64,000 nucleotides of DNA from the human T2T-CHM13v2.0 reference genome, Homo sapiens. Below are positions 41,216 to 59,081 of the stretch, piece after piece (the stretch's first letter is position 1; each line of letters begins with the position of its first letter). The stretch lies in the NCBI RefSeq assembly GCF_009914755.1, contig NC_060925.1; one strand, given 5' to 3'. The position numbers and the translations under genes were made by a program. The notes under the pieces were generated by a model that saw only the letters and a program-made list of their open reading frames with translations, was not told the DNA's origin and searched no databases.

Positions 41216-41640
41216 GTGAGTTAACTGGCCTAGGATGGGGAAGATTGTTTTAAGCAGAGGGAACAGAACTACCATGAAGTTGGGCACAAGTGAGGAACAA
41301 CTAGGGTCAGACCATTTGGGCTTCTGTGGGGAGGTGACAGTAACAATTTTGGAGTTTCCTCGAGAGCAATAGGAAGCCACAGGAGAGTTTTAACTGGGGG
41401 TGGCGTCATGGAGTGTAAGTTCTGTGGAGATCTCCCTGGCTGTATTATGAAGAATGGATGGAGGGGATGAGCAGGTGCTGAGAGACCAGCTGGTTGGCCA
41501 TGGTACTAGCCCAGGCAGGAGAGGGCAAGAAGGAGGGAAATGACACCAGAGACAGAAAGAGGTGGATGAATTTGAGATACATTTTGGAGGTAAAATTAAT
41601 AGGACTTGGTGCTTGATTGGATGGGGGAAGGGGTAGGGAG
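41216..41640 (+). mobile_element. L2 fragment
   Basis: gcagaggggaacag...ggaagccacaggagagttttaa...tttgagatacattttggaggta...ggacttggtg. Confidence 0.65.
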
Positions 41641-41688
41641 AGAAAAACACTTAAAGGACAGCTTCTAGATTTCTGGCTTGCTCTGTAG

Positions 41689-42115
<427 letters not shown>

Positions 42116-43339
42116 TAACTCATGCATGTGAAATGCTTAATACAGTACAAACCCAGGCCTGTCTGTCTTTAAAACACACATTCTTCTTCTCCATGGTTCT
42201 CTTTCCCTGCCTTTATCTTCTCCATTAAGGCTCTAAGAAATGAGTGGCGGGTTTAGAGAGGCTTGGGGAACCCAGCTCCCTGCTGAGGATACTCCCAAGG
42301 CAAATGAGTTTTCCTGAGGGTTCTAGAAAGTCCACAGCCAGGAGCCCAGGTCAGAGGAAAGCCTAGGGGAGGATGACTCAGGAAGGACACCAGCCTCCTC
42401 TACCTCTGACAGCCAGGATATGCAAAGCTGGGTAAATCCCCAGTATATGCACCTGGGGAATTTTAGTGTCTCAGGACAAGCAGGGACTGTGGTCAGGCCT
42501 GGAGGTAGAATCCTAGGCAGGATCTTCACTATATTATTTGGGTCCTGAGCCCAGTGGTGCACCTTCTGTTTTTGTACCTCTGTGGCATCCTTGGTTCTTA
42601 AGCCTGGTGCTCTGAGCCTGGTGACTTCTGAGCTCTGGCTCCCTCCACCATTCAGTGTCCTTGCTTGTAAAGTGATGTTTGCAATTCCCACCTTGCAGGT
42701 TGATTGCAAGGCTGAGATGAAGCCTTGGTACTGAGTAGGGGCCTGCAAGCTTCAGTCCAGGATTAGAATTCTCTCATGCTGGCCTTGGGGTTTGAGCACG
42801 ACCAAGACAGTCAAGCATGTTTCCCTGCCGGAGATTCTGGGATAGGAATTCTCAGAGGTGGGAATATTGCTAAGGCAGCTCCCCAGAGCACCTGCAGGAG
42901 GTGGTTGGCACCAGCGCCAGCCTGGGCACCTTCAATTTCTACTCTTGTTCTCCATGGCTCAGCAAAACTTGTTCTCCAGGAAGCCTTCCCTGCCCACCAC
43001 TATCTACAGTGCCCCTCCCTTCCTCCAGGCCTTCAATCCCCAGTGGACCTGTACCTGCCATGGCTGTCTTCCCACTGATCCAGCCTTCCTGAATGACCCT
43101 TCCACTCCTGGAAAGTGAGACTGGGTTACCCGACCATCTGAATGACCTGGAGTCACTTAATCTTATTGTCTGTCTGTTAACTCAGGAATCAATTTCCCAG
43201 AGCTTGTTGTAAGGGTTCAGTGAGATAATGCTTGGGAAGTGCCCAAAGACATCACTGTACAACACAACAATAAATAGTACTTCCCGTGGGGTTGTCATTG
43301 TGGATTTGGGACTGTTTCCTTTCCAGATCAAGAACATCA

Positions 43340-43640
<301 letters not shown>

Positions 43641-44149
43641 ACCTCACCAAAGGTAGGGATTATACCCCAATGAGTCTGGCAGGATGCCTGACACGTACAT
43701 AGTAGGTGCTCAGTTAAGGCCTCTTGAGTAAATGTGCTCCTCTTCCTGGTGTCCCCAGCAGAGCCTTGCACATAATCGAGAGGCAAGGTGCAGGTAGAGG
43801 TAAGGAAATGGATTTTGGCGTCTGATAGTTCTGGCTTCAAGTCCTGCCTCTGACTCACCCCAGCTATGATGCTTCATGTCACTTCATTTAACCTGCTTCT
43901 TTATGTGCAAAATAGGATTAGCAGGCCACATCCCAGGGTTCTGTGACAGTTCATTAAATCATATAACTCATGCATGTGAAATGCTTAATACAGTACATGA
44001 AGGCAGCTGCAATGATGATGGTTAATTCACCAATTCCCATGTCCCTTGCTGCCCAGGGCAGCGGACCTGTGTGGGCGGGTTGTTGCCCAGTATCTACCCC
44101 TTCCCAGATAACCTTGATCTTGGTTTGGAGATCCATGTAGTTCCAGGGA

Positions 44150-44475
44150 CTGTCTCCACTTCTGATGCCAGGGAGGGGCAAAACTAAGTCATTAAGTGCA
44201 TTTCAGTGATTGGTTTAAGGTTGGGCATATGACCCAGACCTGTCACATGTTTGTCTTGGGAACTTCTGGCAAGTGTCTTGTGCCTATAAAAGAAGCCAGT
44301 CTTAAAAATGGCAGACCAAGTGAGAGAAAAATAACTGGGCTCTTGCTGGCACTGGTTAGCTGCTGGATCAAGCCTTTCCTGAAGGACCTTTCAATAATGT
44401 GGGCCCATAAATCACCTTTATTGTTTAGGGCTGTTTGAATTGGGTTTTCTGTTCCTTGTAACCAAAATCACCCTT
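44150..44475. mobile_element. Old ERVL-type LTR fragment (LTR16/LTR33/MLT1-like)
   Basis: gtgattggttt...gcatatgaccca; 3' end gggttttctgttccttgtaaccaaaa. Confidence 0.5.
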
Positions 44476-46254
44476 GTGGATACAGCCTATACATCCCTCC
44501 ACCTTGTGTGGCTGTCACTTCCTCTCTGTGGGTGGGGCGACATCGGCTCAGGCCACATTTCCTCCATGAGCACATGGACTCTGTGAGAACCAGCTGACTC
44601 TGCTGCCTGTAGGAAACCAGACCACCCAGGAGCCGAAAGATTATAGAAACATACAGAAAACCAGAGCAGGGAAAAATCCAAGTGAATGCTTCCAGAATAA
44701 CCAAAAAGGGGGGGGAAAAGAAAAGGTGGTGGCAACTCTAATAGTGAAATAATTGACCGTCATACTCAAAGTGAGTAGTCTCCTGATTGAGGAGGGTGGA
44801 TCCCAATCAGAGCCACCTGAAGGGTGTGTCACCACTGTAGGGAGTATTCCTTGCTCCTGGCTTCCACACCCACTCTCCCGCAGGCCACTATTCTGCTTTT
44901 CTTTGCTGGAATTATCTCAGGGGTCTCACTTTCCCTTAGCTAAAGGCAGGCTAAACAGAAGCTTCCTCACTGGCACTCTATCTTGAGCTGAAGGGACTGA
45001 TCCGTCCCTTCCTAGGCAGGATCCTCACTATACTATTCAGGTCGCGAGCCCAATGCTGTGCCTTCTGTCCTTGCACCTCTGGAGCATCCTTGGTTCCCAA
45101 GGACCAAGGACCCACAGGACCCCTGTGGGTCCTGTGAACCCCCAGTAGCCTTCCAACATATTTCCTTTAGCTGAAGTCAGCAAAGGTCATTTCTGTTGTT
45201 GCAACCAAAAAGTCCTCAGTGATACACCTGCTGAGGGGCTGTGACGTGGTGGGAGAGGGGTCTGTTGTTCATTGAGAAGCCTTGTCAATTTCCCACGAGC
45301 TTTCTTGGGAAGGCCAAGAGGAGTGGAAACGGTCCTCCTGTTCATATTCATAGTGCTTCCGGCATTGTCTGCAGGCTGAATACATAACACACATGTAGGT
45401 ATTGATGCTGAAGTGATGACTAAAATACCAATCAGTTCTGAAGAATTCCTGAATTCACATTAAAAAATTATCATTAGGTGATTTCTCATATAAGCAATAC
45501 AAAATGTACAACCTGGGAAAATGTTCGCATGGAGAAGGCGTGCTTCTCTTGAAAATGTTAGAACCACAGCTGTGGGGGTGTGATGAGCAGAGGGCGTGTC
45601 TTTCAGGACCATAGTGACACTCCATCCTTCATGCCTGCCAAGACCCACTTTCCCTCCTTCCAAGACAACACTCAAAGAGAGTTCTGGGGGATTAGCTCCT
45701 TTCACTGACTCCAGAGGTGGCATTTGACTCAGATCTGGCCAATCTGAGCGCTGGATTTCCCTGGCCACAGTGATTGGCTCCGGGATGGGGGGAATGACAC
45801 AATCAGAGCCAATGAGAAGCCATGGGAATGACTGGGTGGCCTGACCTTGACTTCACTTTGCAAAGCTTTAGGGGCTACCTTTTGTAGGGACTGGAGATTT
45901 GAATGAGAGGGAAGTTTCTTCTGTGGTTTCTTTTAGATTCTGCCTGAGAGGGCCCACGGAGGACTGGTGGCCATGTGGAAATTGAACTGATGCTCACTGA
46001 ACTCCTGATTATGTCTGGGTCCTAAACTAGGCCTTGGGCCTCCACAGGTGACTCCATTCTTGAAAAGCTCCCAATCTTGTGGGGAGCAGACCTCTAAGGA
46101 ATGAATCCTGTGTCTCAGCGTGAAGCATCACGAGATGCACGAGATGCTCCTGGGACAAGGAGAAAGATTCCAACTCTGCCTGGCAGGTTGAGAAGGGCTT
46201 CCTGGAGGAGGTGGTCCTCAAGTGGAGCCATGACAGATGAATATGAGTTTGCTA

Positions 46255-46563
<309 letters not shown>

Positions 46564-47079
46564 TTAGGGAAGAAGTCAGGAGAGGCATTGGAGGTGAAGG
46601 CACTGAGAAGCAAGAGTTTCTGATGTGTTCAGAAAGAGGAGGTTAGATTAGAGATGAGGACTTGGGGGTTCTCTGTCTTGAAGCAACATATGGATGGGGC
46701 TTGGCCAAAGAGGAGGCGGAGACCACGGTCACAGGCTGCTGCTTTTGGCGACCAGGCAGGCACTGGAATGAGCTGAGTCTTTCAAGTATAAGGAAGACCC
46801 CATGACCTTCTGGGTCTGGCTTCTATTTCCCATTTTTACAAGAGTAGGGATCCAATAAGTGCTAATTAAAAGAAGCCACAGTGTAATGATAAAGGGCAAA
46901 TGTCACTGTGGGCAGCTGAAAAGTCTACCTAAAGCAGTGGCCCTAAACCCTGGCTACCCACCGGAATCATCAGGGATGCTTTGACAATGTAGTCTGCCTG
47001 GACCCCGTGCCCAGAGTTTCTGACTTCATAGGTCCAGAGTGGGGCTCAGCAAAATATTCTAATATCCGCTCAGGTGATT

Positions 47080-47246
47080 CTTTTTCTTTTCTTTCTTTTT
47101 TAGACAGATTCTTGCTCTGTTGCCCAGGCTGGAGCGCTGTGGTGTGATCAGAGCACACTGCAGCCTCAACTTCCTGGACTCAAACGATCCTCTTGCCTCA
47201 GCCTCCCAAAGTGCTGGGATTACGGGTGTGAGGCACTGTCCCCGGT
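47080..47246 (-). mobile_element. Alu monomer (FRAM/FAM-like) inside a MER5-like element
   Basis: Single arm with gtgattct on both sides. Confidence 0.7.
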
Positions 47247-47301
47247 TTGCCCAGTGATTCTAATTGGATTCTAAGATACAGCTGGGACTGAGAACGACTG
47301 A

Positions 47302-47690
<389 letters not shown>

Positions 47691-49205
47691 GGAATCTTAT
47701 TTTTAAACGTTGCCTCGACTTTTAAAAGAGGCAAAACTGGGGAGTGTTTATGATGAGCTGTTTCTCAGCTCCTTATCCACACCATGAATCTACAAGGTAG
47801 GTGACTATTCTCTCTACTCTGCAGGTGAGGAAACCGGGGCGTGGAGAGGCTGTGTTACTTGCTCAAGGTCACATTGCTAGCAAGTTCCAGATCAAGATGC
47901 ATCCCCAGGCAGTCTGGCTCCAGACTCCGTGCATTTACCTGCAGAACCCCTCTCCAGCCAGCATCTGACCTGTGGCCCAGGAGTGTGCACCCTCTGGCAG
48001 GTGAGGGCTTGGAGCAGAGACCTGGCCATTACAGGAAGCAGCCTGGAGCTATGGACAGAACGGAGAGAGTGGGGGCCAGCGGCGCTGCTGCCTTCAGACA
48101 CCGGTTGATGAACCGTCCCATGTGGTCCTGCCCAGGGAGTGGAGCCCAGCGCACAAGGCCTGGCAGGTTCAGACTTGGGTTTTCACCAAATGCCCTACTG
48201 GCCCTGGGGCGCTGGCTTGGCCGATCAAGATATTGCAGATAAACAGGCCTCACCTGGTGGTGGGGCTGTTGCATGGGGAGGCGTCAGGCTTTGTCTGTTG
48301 CGGTGACTCAGGGCAGGTTATCACCCGGCGGCAGCCTTCACACCTCATGCCCGTGGGCTCCAGGATAGTCCCAGGAAGCATCTGCATCTGAGGTTGGCCC
48401 AGACCCACCCAGTGAGCCCGGCTTCTTGTAGATGCCTTATAAAGGAGTGCTATCTTCCTGCACGCTTTGGAGATAGGGCTGGGGGCACTTCGGAGACAGG
48501 GCTGGTTCAGAGATAGGGCTGGGATAGAGATTTGGGCAATGGGCAAGAGAAAGCGTTCAACCAGCCCAGTGGGGTAGACCAAGGAAAGTGGCCGTTTTCT
48601 GTGGGCTTACTATGTGGATCTCACTGGACTAAACACCTTTGCATCTGATTTCTTAATTTCACAGTTCTGAGGGGTCGTTGTTATTATCTCCATTTCACAG
48701 AAGAGGAAGTTGAGGCTCCGAGAGGTGAAGTGACTTGGCCAAGGTTTCATGGCTTTGAAATGCATCTGGGGTTTAAGTCCAGGTTGTTCCTTGGCCATTG
48801 ACCGACCGACCTCTAGATATGTAAGGCTGCTCTCTCAATCCCCACTCAGATCCTACTGACTCCACAACCCAAGGCTTTACTGCCCTGCCCTCACGGGTCA
48901 CGGCTGTGTATACCTTGGTGGCATAGGTCAGCAGGCACCTTGGACAGACCTGCCCAAGGGAGGATGATCTACAGGGACAGTGGCATTTGAGCAGCTCAGT
49001 TGTAGAGAGATCTGCAGCTGGCAATCGTCAACACGCTGATCCAATCATATAACGAATCTCTGGCCACCAGGCCAAGCATCATTTTAGTTGAGATAACTAA
49101 ATAAGAACAAAATTGTATGTTTTTATCTAGCTTGGAAGTAGTGATTATTTTGTTTTCCAGCTCATTTTTAGCCTCATAAAAGTAGTTTAAAAATTACCAT
49201 TGTTG

Positions 49206-49515
<310 letters not shown>

Positions 49516-50739
49516 TTATTTCTGCTAAGAGCTCCCCTTCCTGCCCCTCTGCAGACAGGCTGGCCAGGTGGCCGCTGGGCCTGTGTCTTTTGTTGCTTGT
49601 CTGTTTGGCCCTGGTAGAGGGTGGCATAGGCTGGGCCCAGATGAAGGCCTTACCAAATGGAGGGTCTGAACTTGGATGCCGGGAAGTTTTCTGGAAGGGC
49701 TTCCTGGGCTCAGCCAGGCACATTTCCCAGGAGGGCCCCATTCTGTGGGGTGGGCTGGGTAGCTAGCAGGTGGCTAGATCCTGGGCTGCACTGGGGAGGC
49801 AGAGGCCAGGCCAAGCCTCAGTGGCTGCCCAGTCTTCAGTGAGAACCCAGCTTCTTAGCCTAGTGTTCCAGGCTCTTGTTTATCAGGTCCTTGCCCCTAC
49901 CTCCAGTTTCCTCCCCTGCCCTGTCTTCCTTGCCCCCTCCAGCCCTGGACCACCCGGCGATCCCACTGTCTCACACCTCCATGCCTTCTCACAGTTTGTT
50001 TGCTCTGCTAGGATTCCCTTTCCTTATTTGCAGGGATAACTTATGTGAAAGAGCTCAGCACTAAGTTAAACTCATCATTGGTGCTTTAAAAGCTCACCTT
50101 CCTCCTCCCTCCCTCTCCCTTCTTCCATCCCTCTCTCCTGCCTTCCTTCTGTGTGTGGAAACATCACCCTCCCTGGTCTAGGGGGAACTCTTAGTATGAT
50201 GGAAGAAGCACAGAAGCAAGCCTGAGAAGCCTCAAGTCTAGACAGATGCCAGAAACGTCTGAGGCCCTCTGTTGAGGCAGTTGGTTGGGTTTGACCATGC
50301 AGGATCCAGGATCCAGGAACCCTGAGATCCTTCCCTGCCTACTCTTAGTCCACCTGTTATGGGCGAGGCTCCTCCCTCTTAGAGGTGGATCATGTGACCT
50401 GCCTAAGCCAACCTGCTCATTGTTTGGTTGCGTCAGAGCCCATGGGACATGATGAGATGCTACTGGGGCTGCTAGGACAGACCCAAGCGCTCCTTGTCCT
50501 GGACTTGAGTCTGAACATGGTTTTCCAGCCTCCTCTCCACACTGTGAGCTCTCCACTGCCTCCCAGTAAATGCCCCTTGAGCACCAGGAAGTCAAATCGA
50601 TTCTGTTTGCAATCAAGCAGCTCTAAGGGAGACACCCCTCAAATCGCAAATGTCCACTCCCAACTCTTGAGACAGAGGCACCCATGTCTCTCCAGCTGTA
50701 GCCGCCCAGAACTGAGAGCCAGGGCACCAACAGGGAGGA

Positions 50740-50960
50740 AACAGATAAACAAAATGTGGTTTCCACATACAAAGAGATACTCTTCAGCCTTGAGAAGGAA
50801 GGAAATTCTGATACACGCTGCATCATGGATGAACCTAGAAGATAGTATGCTGGGTGAAATAAGCCAGATGCAAAAAGACAAATACTGTATGATTTCCTCT
50901 TACATGAGGTACCTAGAGTAGTCAAATTCATAGAGACGAGGCAGAATGGTATTACCAGGG
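50740..50960 (+). mobile_element. L1MB-type fragment, apparently a local copy of 56164-56695
   Basis: L1M 3' region sequence with long exact matches to the downstream copy. Confidence 0.85.
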
Positions 50961-53900
50961 TAGTGGTGATAGTGCCTGGAGGAAGGGTAGTGCCCTATTT
51001 TGGATCAGCTGATTCAGTCCCTGAGTGGCACTCATTGTCCAGCTCCAGGAGTTGCCTGGGCCTAGCAGCTGGGACTTTGCCCCGGGGGCTTCCTAGCTCC
51101 ACATCTAATCCTTTCTGTTGAGACTTGGGAGCGGGGATGGAGGGACTACATCTGCTATGCTGGCACCATGAGCAGAACCACCTTCCAAACTGAAGGGTCC
51201 TCAGGTGCCCAGAAGTGAATTCGTAAGTGGGGAAAAAAGGAGGCCCCAAAGCTGGCAAGAGGCAGTTGGCAGGCATGGGGGCTGGCCTTTGTGGCCGCGC
51301 CTGGCCTTCCCAGCAGGAAGGGATGAGGGGGGTTCCTGGGGAGAGGAGTGGGGAGAGCGGCTTGGACTGGATGAATCTAGGCTTGAATATATCTTTGCCA
51401 CTCATCACCTGTGAGAGCTTGGCAGGTCACCTTACTTCTCTGAGCCTTGGTTTCCTCATCTGTAAAATGGGAATAATCCTACATGCTTTCTGGAATGACT
51501 GTGAAGATTAAACACTATAAATCCTGTGAGATTTTGAGTCTGCTGCCTGTCAAAGAGTCCACAAATGTTTGCTTTTACTGTTATGAAGAATAAGAACCCT
51601 GCCTCGGACCAAACCGGGTTAATTCCTTAAAGAGTTGGCCTTGGTTGTAATTCCAACCAAGCTGAGGGACGCTGGACAACTGACTAGGGCTTCCTCTTTG
51701 GAGGTCAGTTTGCTCATTGTAAAAGGGGGATAACAGCAGTTCCTACATTAAGGGTCGATGTGAGGATTAAATGACATGATGCATAGAAAATGCTTAGCAC
51801 TGTGCCCGGCACATAGTAGGTGCTCAGTAAATATCAGTTCCTCCTCACCACCTCCCCTCCTTGTTCTGGATGTGGAAGAGCAGGCATTGTGGGGAATACA
51901 GATGCCCCAGATCTGGAGTCAGAGAACTAGGTTCTGCCCCAGGCAGGGCACTAAATTGCTGAGCTTTCTTTGGGTGGGATCCTGACCCCTGGGTCTCAGT
52001 CAACCTCTGTTAAGTGATGACATTGGAATTGATGGTCCCACCTCTGTCTGTAACATTCCACATTGTAAGAAAAAAACACTTAAAAAAAACCCTAGTGTTA
52101 CTTAAATAAAGGACTGAAGGCAGCTGCTCCCTGCTTGAGGTGGGGCTGGAACAGGAGGAGGCTGCACTTTTGCTTCGGGAAATCCCCTTCAGAGGCCCTT
52201 TTTGTTTCGTAGAGGGCAGGTGTCTCCCCCTGCACCTCCCGAGCAAAGTGAAGGACGTGGCCCTGTGAGGTGAGGAGCAGGTGCTGGCAGCTGGAGAGTG
52301 GGACTTTGGCAGGCCCTAGGGACATGGAGCAGAGTGGAGATGGGCCAGGGTTCCTCAGCAGAGGGGGTGCTCAGGGGCAAGGGGGCATAGAGCGGGCTGG
52401 CTGGGAGGGTCTAGGAATATTCAGTTTGGTATTGCTGCTGGTTAGGTCCTGAAGTCTCTCTCTTTCCCCAAACCTTCAGTAGAGTCTGTTGCACACCCAG
52501 CCTTGTGTGTGGGTGGGGTGGGGGGCTTGGGGAATGAAGCGTTAGGGAGCAGAGAGAGGCTGCGAGGCAGCAGGGTGCAGGGGGGATGTGCCTCAGGTCA
52601 ACGGTAGAGCTAGCGGTGAAGGGACACAGAAGTCCTGCTTGGGAGACCTCAGCAGTGTTGAGAAGGGCATTGGAGACCCTGCAGTACAGAGTGTGGGGTT
52701 TTGGACTATTTTATTAATTATAATTATTGGTTGAAACTAAGAACAGGGTGAGCCCAGAGGACATGGGGACATTGGGGTTATGGTTTTACATTTGTGCAAT
52801 TTGGATTGGCAGAGACAAAAGGCCATCCTCTTTGGAAGGGGGTGGGTGGGGGAATGGCATGACCCAAGGCCTGGCACGAAGTTGGCATGGAGCACCACAT
52901 GGTGTTGCTGAAGAGGGCCGTGGGGCTGCGGCATGAAGGGCCTGGCACGCTAGATGATGGACTTGACTTTCTATAGGTGATGGGGAGCCCTGGAAGACTT
53001 CAGAGCAGGGGAGGGACAAGGAGCAAGGTGGCCGTGGGAAGATGGCTCCAGCAGCATGCAGAAGATGGACAGGAGTGGATAGGGACAAAGGTGGAAAAGG
53101 AGAGAATAAGCATCTGCCATTCGTTCACTGCAGAGGGTTTGCTGTGATCAGATCAACCCAGGTGGGTGACCGAGGTGGGTGAGAAGCAGGCTCTTGGGAA
53201 AGAGGGCACGTAGGTACCCGTCCTGGAGGCAACCCAACCTCATGTGCATCAATCACCACCTGCCTCCCAGTCTCGACTTTCCCTGTGACTCAGCCCCCTG
53301 AGGACCCAACACAGGGTTGGGGGAATTTGGAAAGTCTACCTTTTTGGAGATGACTCAGTTAAAAGGGCAGGGCCAGGGAAGGGGATCTCTCACTCCAAAA
53401 ACTTATGTCATCACCAAATCTTCATGGGTCACAGCTAAGGTCCAGCCACCACACCCACTGATCTCCTTTTACAGATGGGGAAACTGTGGCCTGGAGAGGG
53501 GAAGGCACCCGTGCAGGCTTGTGTGGCCAGAGCCTGGGGCCTGCTCAAGTTCCTCACTCCCCGTGTGACCCTGGGTGAATCTCTTCTCCTCTCTGGGCCT
53601 CCATTTTCTCATCTCTAAAATGGGATAACCAAGTCTGCCCTGAACATTCGATCTTCTCTCACCCTCTTACTTCTTTGCCTTCCTTTCCAGCACCGTCTGT
53701 CCTCGCCCAAGCCTTTGGTCCCAGGTACAGGTCTTGGATGTCCTCATAGCTCACAGGCCTCTCTGTGACCCCCTCAGCCTGCCCATGGCTCCCCCGCACC
53801 CCCTGCCCGCCCAGGACCCTGCTTTCCTTGGGGACACTCCTCTGTCCCTGTCACACTCTGCCAGGCTGGGGTCTTCTTCGTTGCCGTCCCCTGCTGACCT

Positions 53901-55848
53901 CCCCGACACCTTCTGCATTCCTTGAAGTCTTGGCTCATGCTCTTTCCTTCCACCCATCCCATCACCATCCTGGGTGATGTTAGTGACATCATGGATGACC
54001 TGTCTAGCCCCCTGGCTGCCACTTCCTGGACCTTCTTATCTCCAGGGACTCCCTCCTCCACAGGCCCACCACCTTGCCACCCTGGGCCTTATCATCCCTC
54101 AGGACCACCCTCCCCGAAACGCTAAATGCTGAGCCCCACTCTCTGATGGTGACCACTTCCCACCCCCCGGGCCCCGAGCACACTACACCTGCCCTGAGAC
54201 CTCCTGTGCAGCCCCCTGAAAGGCCTGGCCGGTGGAGCACTCTCTTCTCTCCCCCAGGCCTCCCTGGCTCCAACTGTTTCCCGACACTCCTAGTCTTGAC
54301 TGGCCCCACCTGCCCCTTCTCTGCTGCTGTCACCCCTATGTCATGCAGGTCCCCAGGCCCTTGGCGGGCACATCCTTGGCTTGCCTTCTCCACCCACCCA
54401 CCCACCCACCCAACAGTGGCCCCTCCACTCCCTCTTCGCCTGCTGTCCTCTGAAACCCCAGTTGAGGGCTCCTGCCTGGGGCCCGGCTGCCCCTGCCACT
54501 GTCTTCTGGATCCTGTTCCCCACCATCTCCTCTGGGGCCTCACACCTGCAGTCCTCCCCACCCTCCCCCATCCCTTCCTTCTCCTTCCTTCTCTGGCTCA
54601 GCCCTCTTAGCTTCTATCATGGCTAAATCCTCACATCTCAAGGTAAAGGACCCCAAACCACTCTTGATCCTGCATCTTCTCTCTGGGCACCAAGATCTTC
54701 CCTTGGCCTGGGATTTCCCAATCGTGGTCAGTGAACATGTCTTCATTTCTCCCCTGCATGCTTCAGGCCACTGCCAACTCCATCTCCCCTCCCCGATCAG
54801 CCAGCAGAGGGATGCTGCCCATGATCTCGTTGCCAAGTCCAATGGTTAACCCTTTATGCCTTAGCCAATGCGTCTACCATTTTTTCCTTCTGGAAACTTC
54901 TTCTCTCTCTGTGTTAGAGCCTCCCCTATGGCCATTCTCCTCTGCTTCTTTACTAACAGAGCCTAGATTTTATTCAGGAGTACAATGTGCTCTGCTAAAG
55001 GACCACATTTATCAACCTTCCTTGTACCTGGGAGTGGCCAATGAGGTGGAAGTGAAAACCAGAGGGGGCGGGGTGGAAAAGGGCCTCCAGGAACACTCAG
55101 CTAGGAGGCAAGTCTTCTGCTCTGGCTTATTCCTCCTTTTTGCTGCTGGAACATGACTGTGATGGCTAGAGCTGCAGCAGCAATCTTGTGACCATGAGGT
55201 GACCTTGAAGATGGAAATCAGAGCTAAGAATAGCTGAGCAAGAGAGAAAGGGCCCCAGGCTCTGAAGACAGTGGGCTGCCTACCTCTGCATTTCTTTCCC
55301 AAAGGAGAGAACTGAACCTGTGTCTTGATCAAGCCACTGATTTGTGTTCTCTGCTGCTTGTAGCAGAATCCAATCCTAGATTATTACGCAATTTTGGAAC
55401 TGTGTTTCCTGGTTTTCCTCTTACCTCTTGGGTTGACCTTCCCGTTTCTGTTTGTGGGTACCTTCATTGTCCCTCTAATAAAACATGGGGACTCCCAGTT
55501 TTCTGTTCTGGGCCCCCCTTTTTTCCTGCATCTCCTACTTCCTAAGCAGTCTTGTTCTTGCTTGTGGCTTCTTCATATCAGATGCAGGTGACTTTGAATC
55601 TTCAGCACAGACTCTCCCAGGCCTCCAGACCAGAATATTCAGCCAGGATGTCCTATAGTATCCTCAAGCTCAATCGACCCCAAATTCTTCCTGGTGCCTG
55701 TTTCTCCTTCCAGAGACCCCAACTCAGCTGATGAATCTTCTACCACCCAGTTGGCCTGTTGCAAACCCAGGAGTCATTCCCTCCCTTTTCCTTACTCTTT
55801 TATCCCCTCAACTCCTCACATACAATCATTCATTAAGATCTAGCGATT

Positions 55849-56854
<1,006 letters not shown>

Positions 56855-56872
56855 AAGATCTAGCAATTTTAC

Positions 56873-57436
<564 letters not shown>

Positions 57437-58244
57437 GCAATTTTACTTTCTAAATGATCTCAAATTCATTCCTTTTCTCTTTCATAGTAGTTGACTCTCA
57501 GTGGGACCAATGGAGAACCTTCTTTCTGGGTTTCCTGCCTCCAATTTCACTCTCACCATCCATAGCCTAACTCCCTCTTCATCAGAGTGCTTTTCTAAAC
57601 CTCAAATCTGTTCGTGTCATTTCTTTCCATGGAACCCTCCATGGTTCCCCATGGCCTATGGCATTAATTCTAAGCCTCTTAGCCTGGCATTCAAGACCCT
57701 CCCTGATCTGCCCCCTGCCTGTCTTCCCAGCCACCTCCCTCTTTTTGGCTCAGTCATTCCTCCAGTGCTCTGGGCTGTTTCACACCCCTGTGCCTTTCTC
57801 TCCACCTACATGCTCATCTCTGCCTTCTCTCCTGACACCGCTACATGACATCTCTGCCTTCTCTCCTGTGTCCAGCCCATTCATCCTCTAAGTCTCTAGA
57901 AGTCCAAAGACTTCTCTGTGATGCTCTCACAAAGCTGTCTTTTCTCTCCTTACGCTGTTTCTTTCCAGCTGTATCTGTTACTGCACACATCTGGCTGTTC
58001 TGCAATGATTTGCTTGCATGGCTGTCTCTGGGAACTCCTTCAACTTCTCTCCTTTTCTTTCAGGAAGTCCTTCCTGCCTTCTTCTAGCCTACAATGACAT
58101 CCGCCTCCTCTGAGCTCACAATCTCTTGCAACCCATCGGAAGCACCATGTTAGCACTTGATTGTTCCCCTGTCTTATCTTCAATTCTCTCATGAAGATTA
58201 GTCTTGGTTCTCGGACGAGCTCATAAAAAGCCTCCTTGGTTAGA

Positions 58245-58346
58245 TTCACCTGAACTGGGGAGGCGGAGGTTGCAGTAAACTGAGATCATGCCATGGCACT
58301 CCAGCCTGGGTGACAAGATTGAAACTCCGTCTAAAAAAAAAAAAAA
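58245..58346 (+). mobile_element. Alu 3' fragment (~100 bp)
   Basis: gaggcggaggttgcagt...ctccagcctggg...poly-A. Confidence 0.8.
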
Positions 58347-59081
58347 GCTCCTTTGTTGTAAGGACTGTGGCCTCAGTTCTGTTCCCTGGAGGAAGGGCAG
58401 GAGCGGACACTCAGTGGGCAAATTTGTGCCAGGCACTCTCGAGCCTGCTGTGTCCTGTCGTTCATCTGACAACTCTGAAGTGAGCGTTGTCACTTCCATG
58501 TTACGTTTGAGGAAGCTGCAGCTAAGAGGGTTAAGGGGCTGGGATCACAAAGCATCACAGTAGAAGAGTGAGGGCTCGAACCCAGGCCAGTCAGACTCCC
58601 AAACTTGTGCTCTGCTCCGGGCCAAAGCTGAGCCCCAGAAAGACGTGCTGGGTTGGACTGGGCTGAATGGCCCCCGCCCAGTGCATGTCTGTGCACATGT
58701 GGCAGTGTTTGATTTTTCCAGTAAACTCGAGCACATGCAAGTTGGAGGCGGCATCAAGGGAAAACAGCTCATGTTGGTCCTGGCTCCGGGTCTGGGGAAG
58801 CATCCAGGGTGGTGGGGGCGGGGCAGGGCGCTGGGCGGCAGCAGGGGCAGTGGGCAGGTCTCTGTGGTCATCCCAGGAAGCCCTCAGCTGTGACCTGTGA
58901 CGGCTGCCCAGGGGTACGGCCCTCCTTATTGGGAGTAACTCCTCACATTTTCCGGGACGGTGTTTGAGGGTGTGCGTTTGGCAGAAAGGATTAGAGTTAC
59001 CATTCACCAGTTGCTAAGATCGTGGGCAACTCCTGTACCCTCTCTGGTTCTCATTTTATTTTCGACATCTACAGAATGGGT

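Noticed and set aside
47860-47875. TCAAGGTCA nuclear receptor motif
   Set aside because: Part of the ordinary MIR core (cccaaggtcaca), which recurs many times in the window.
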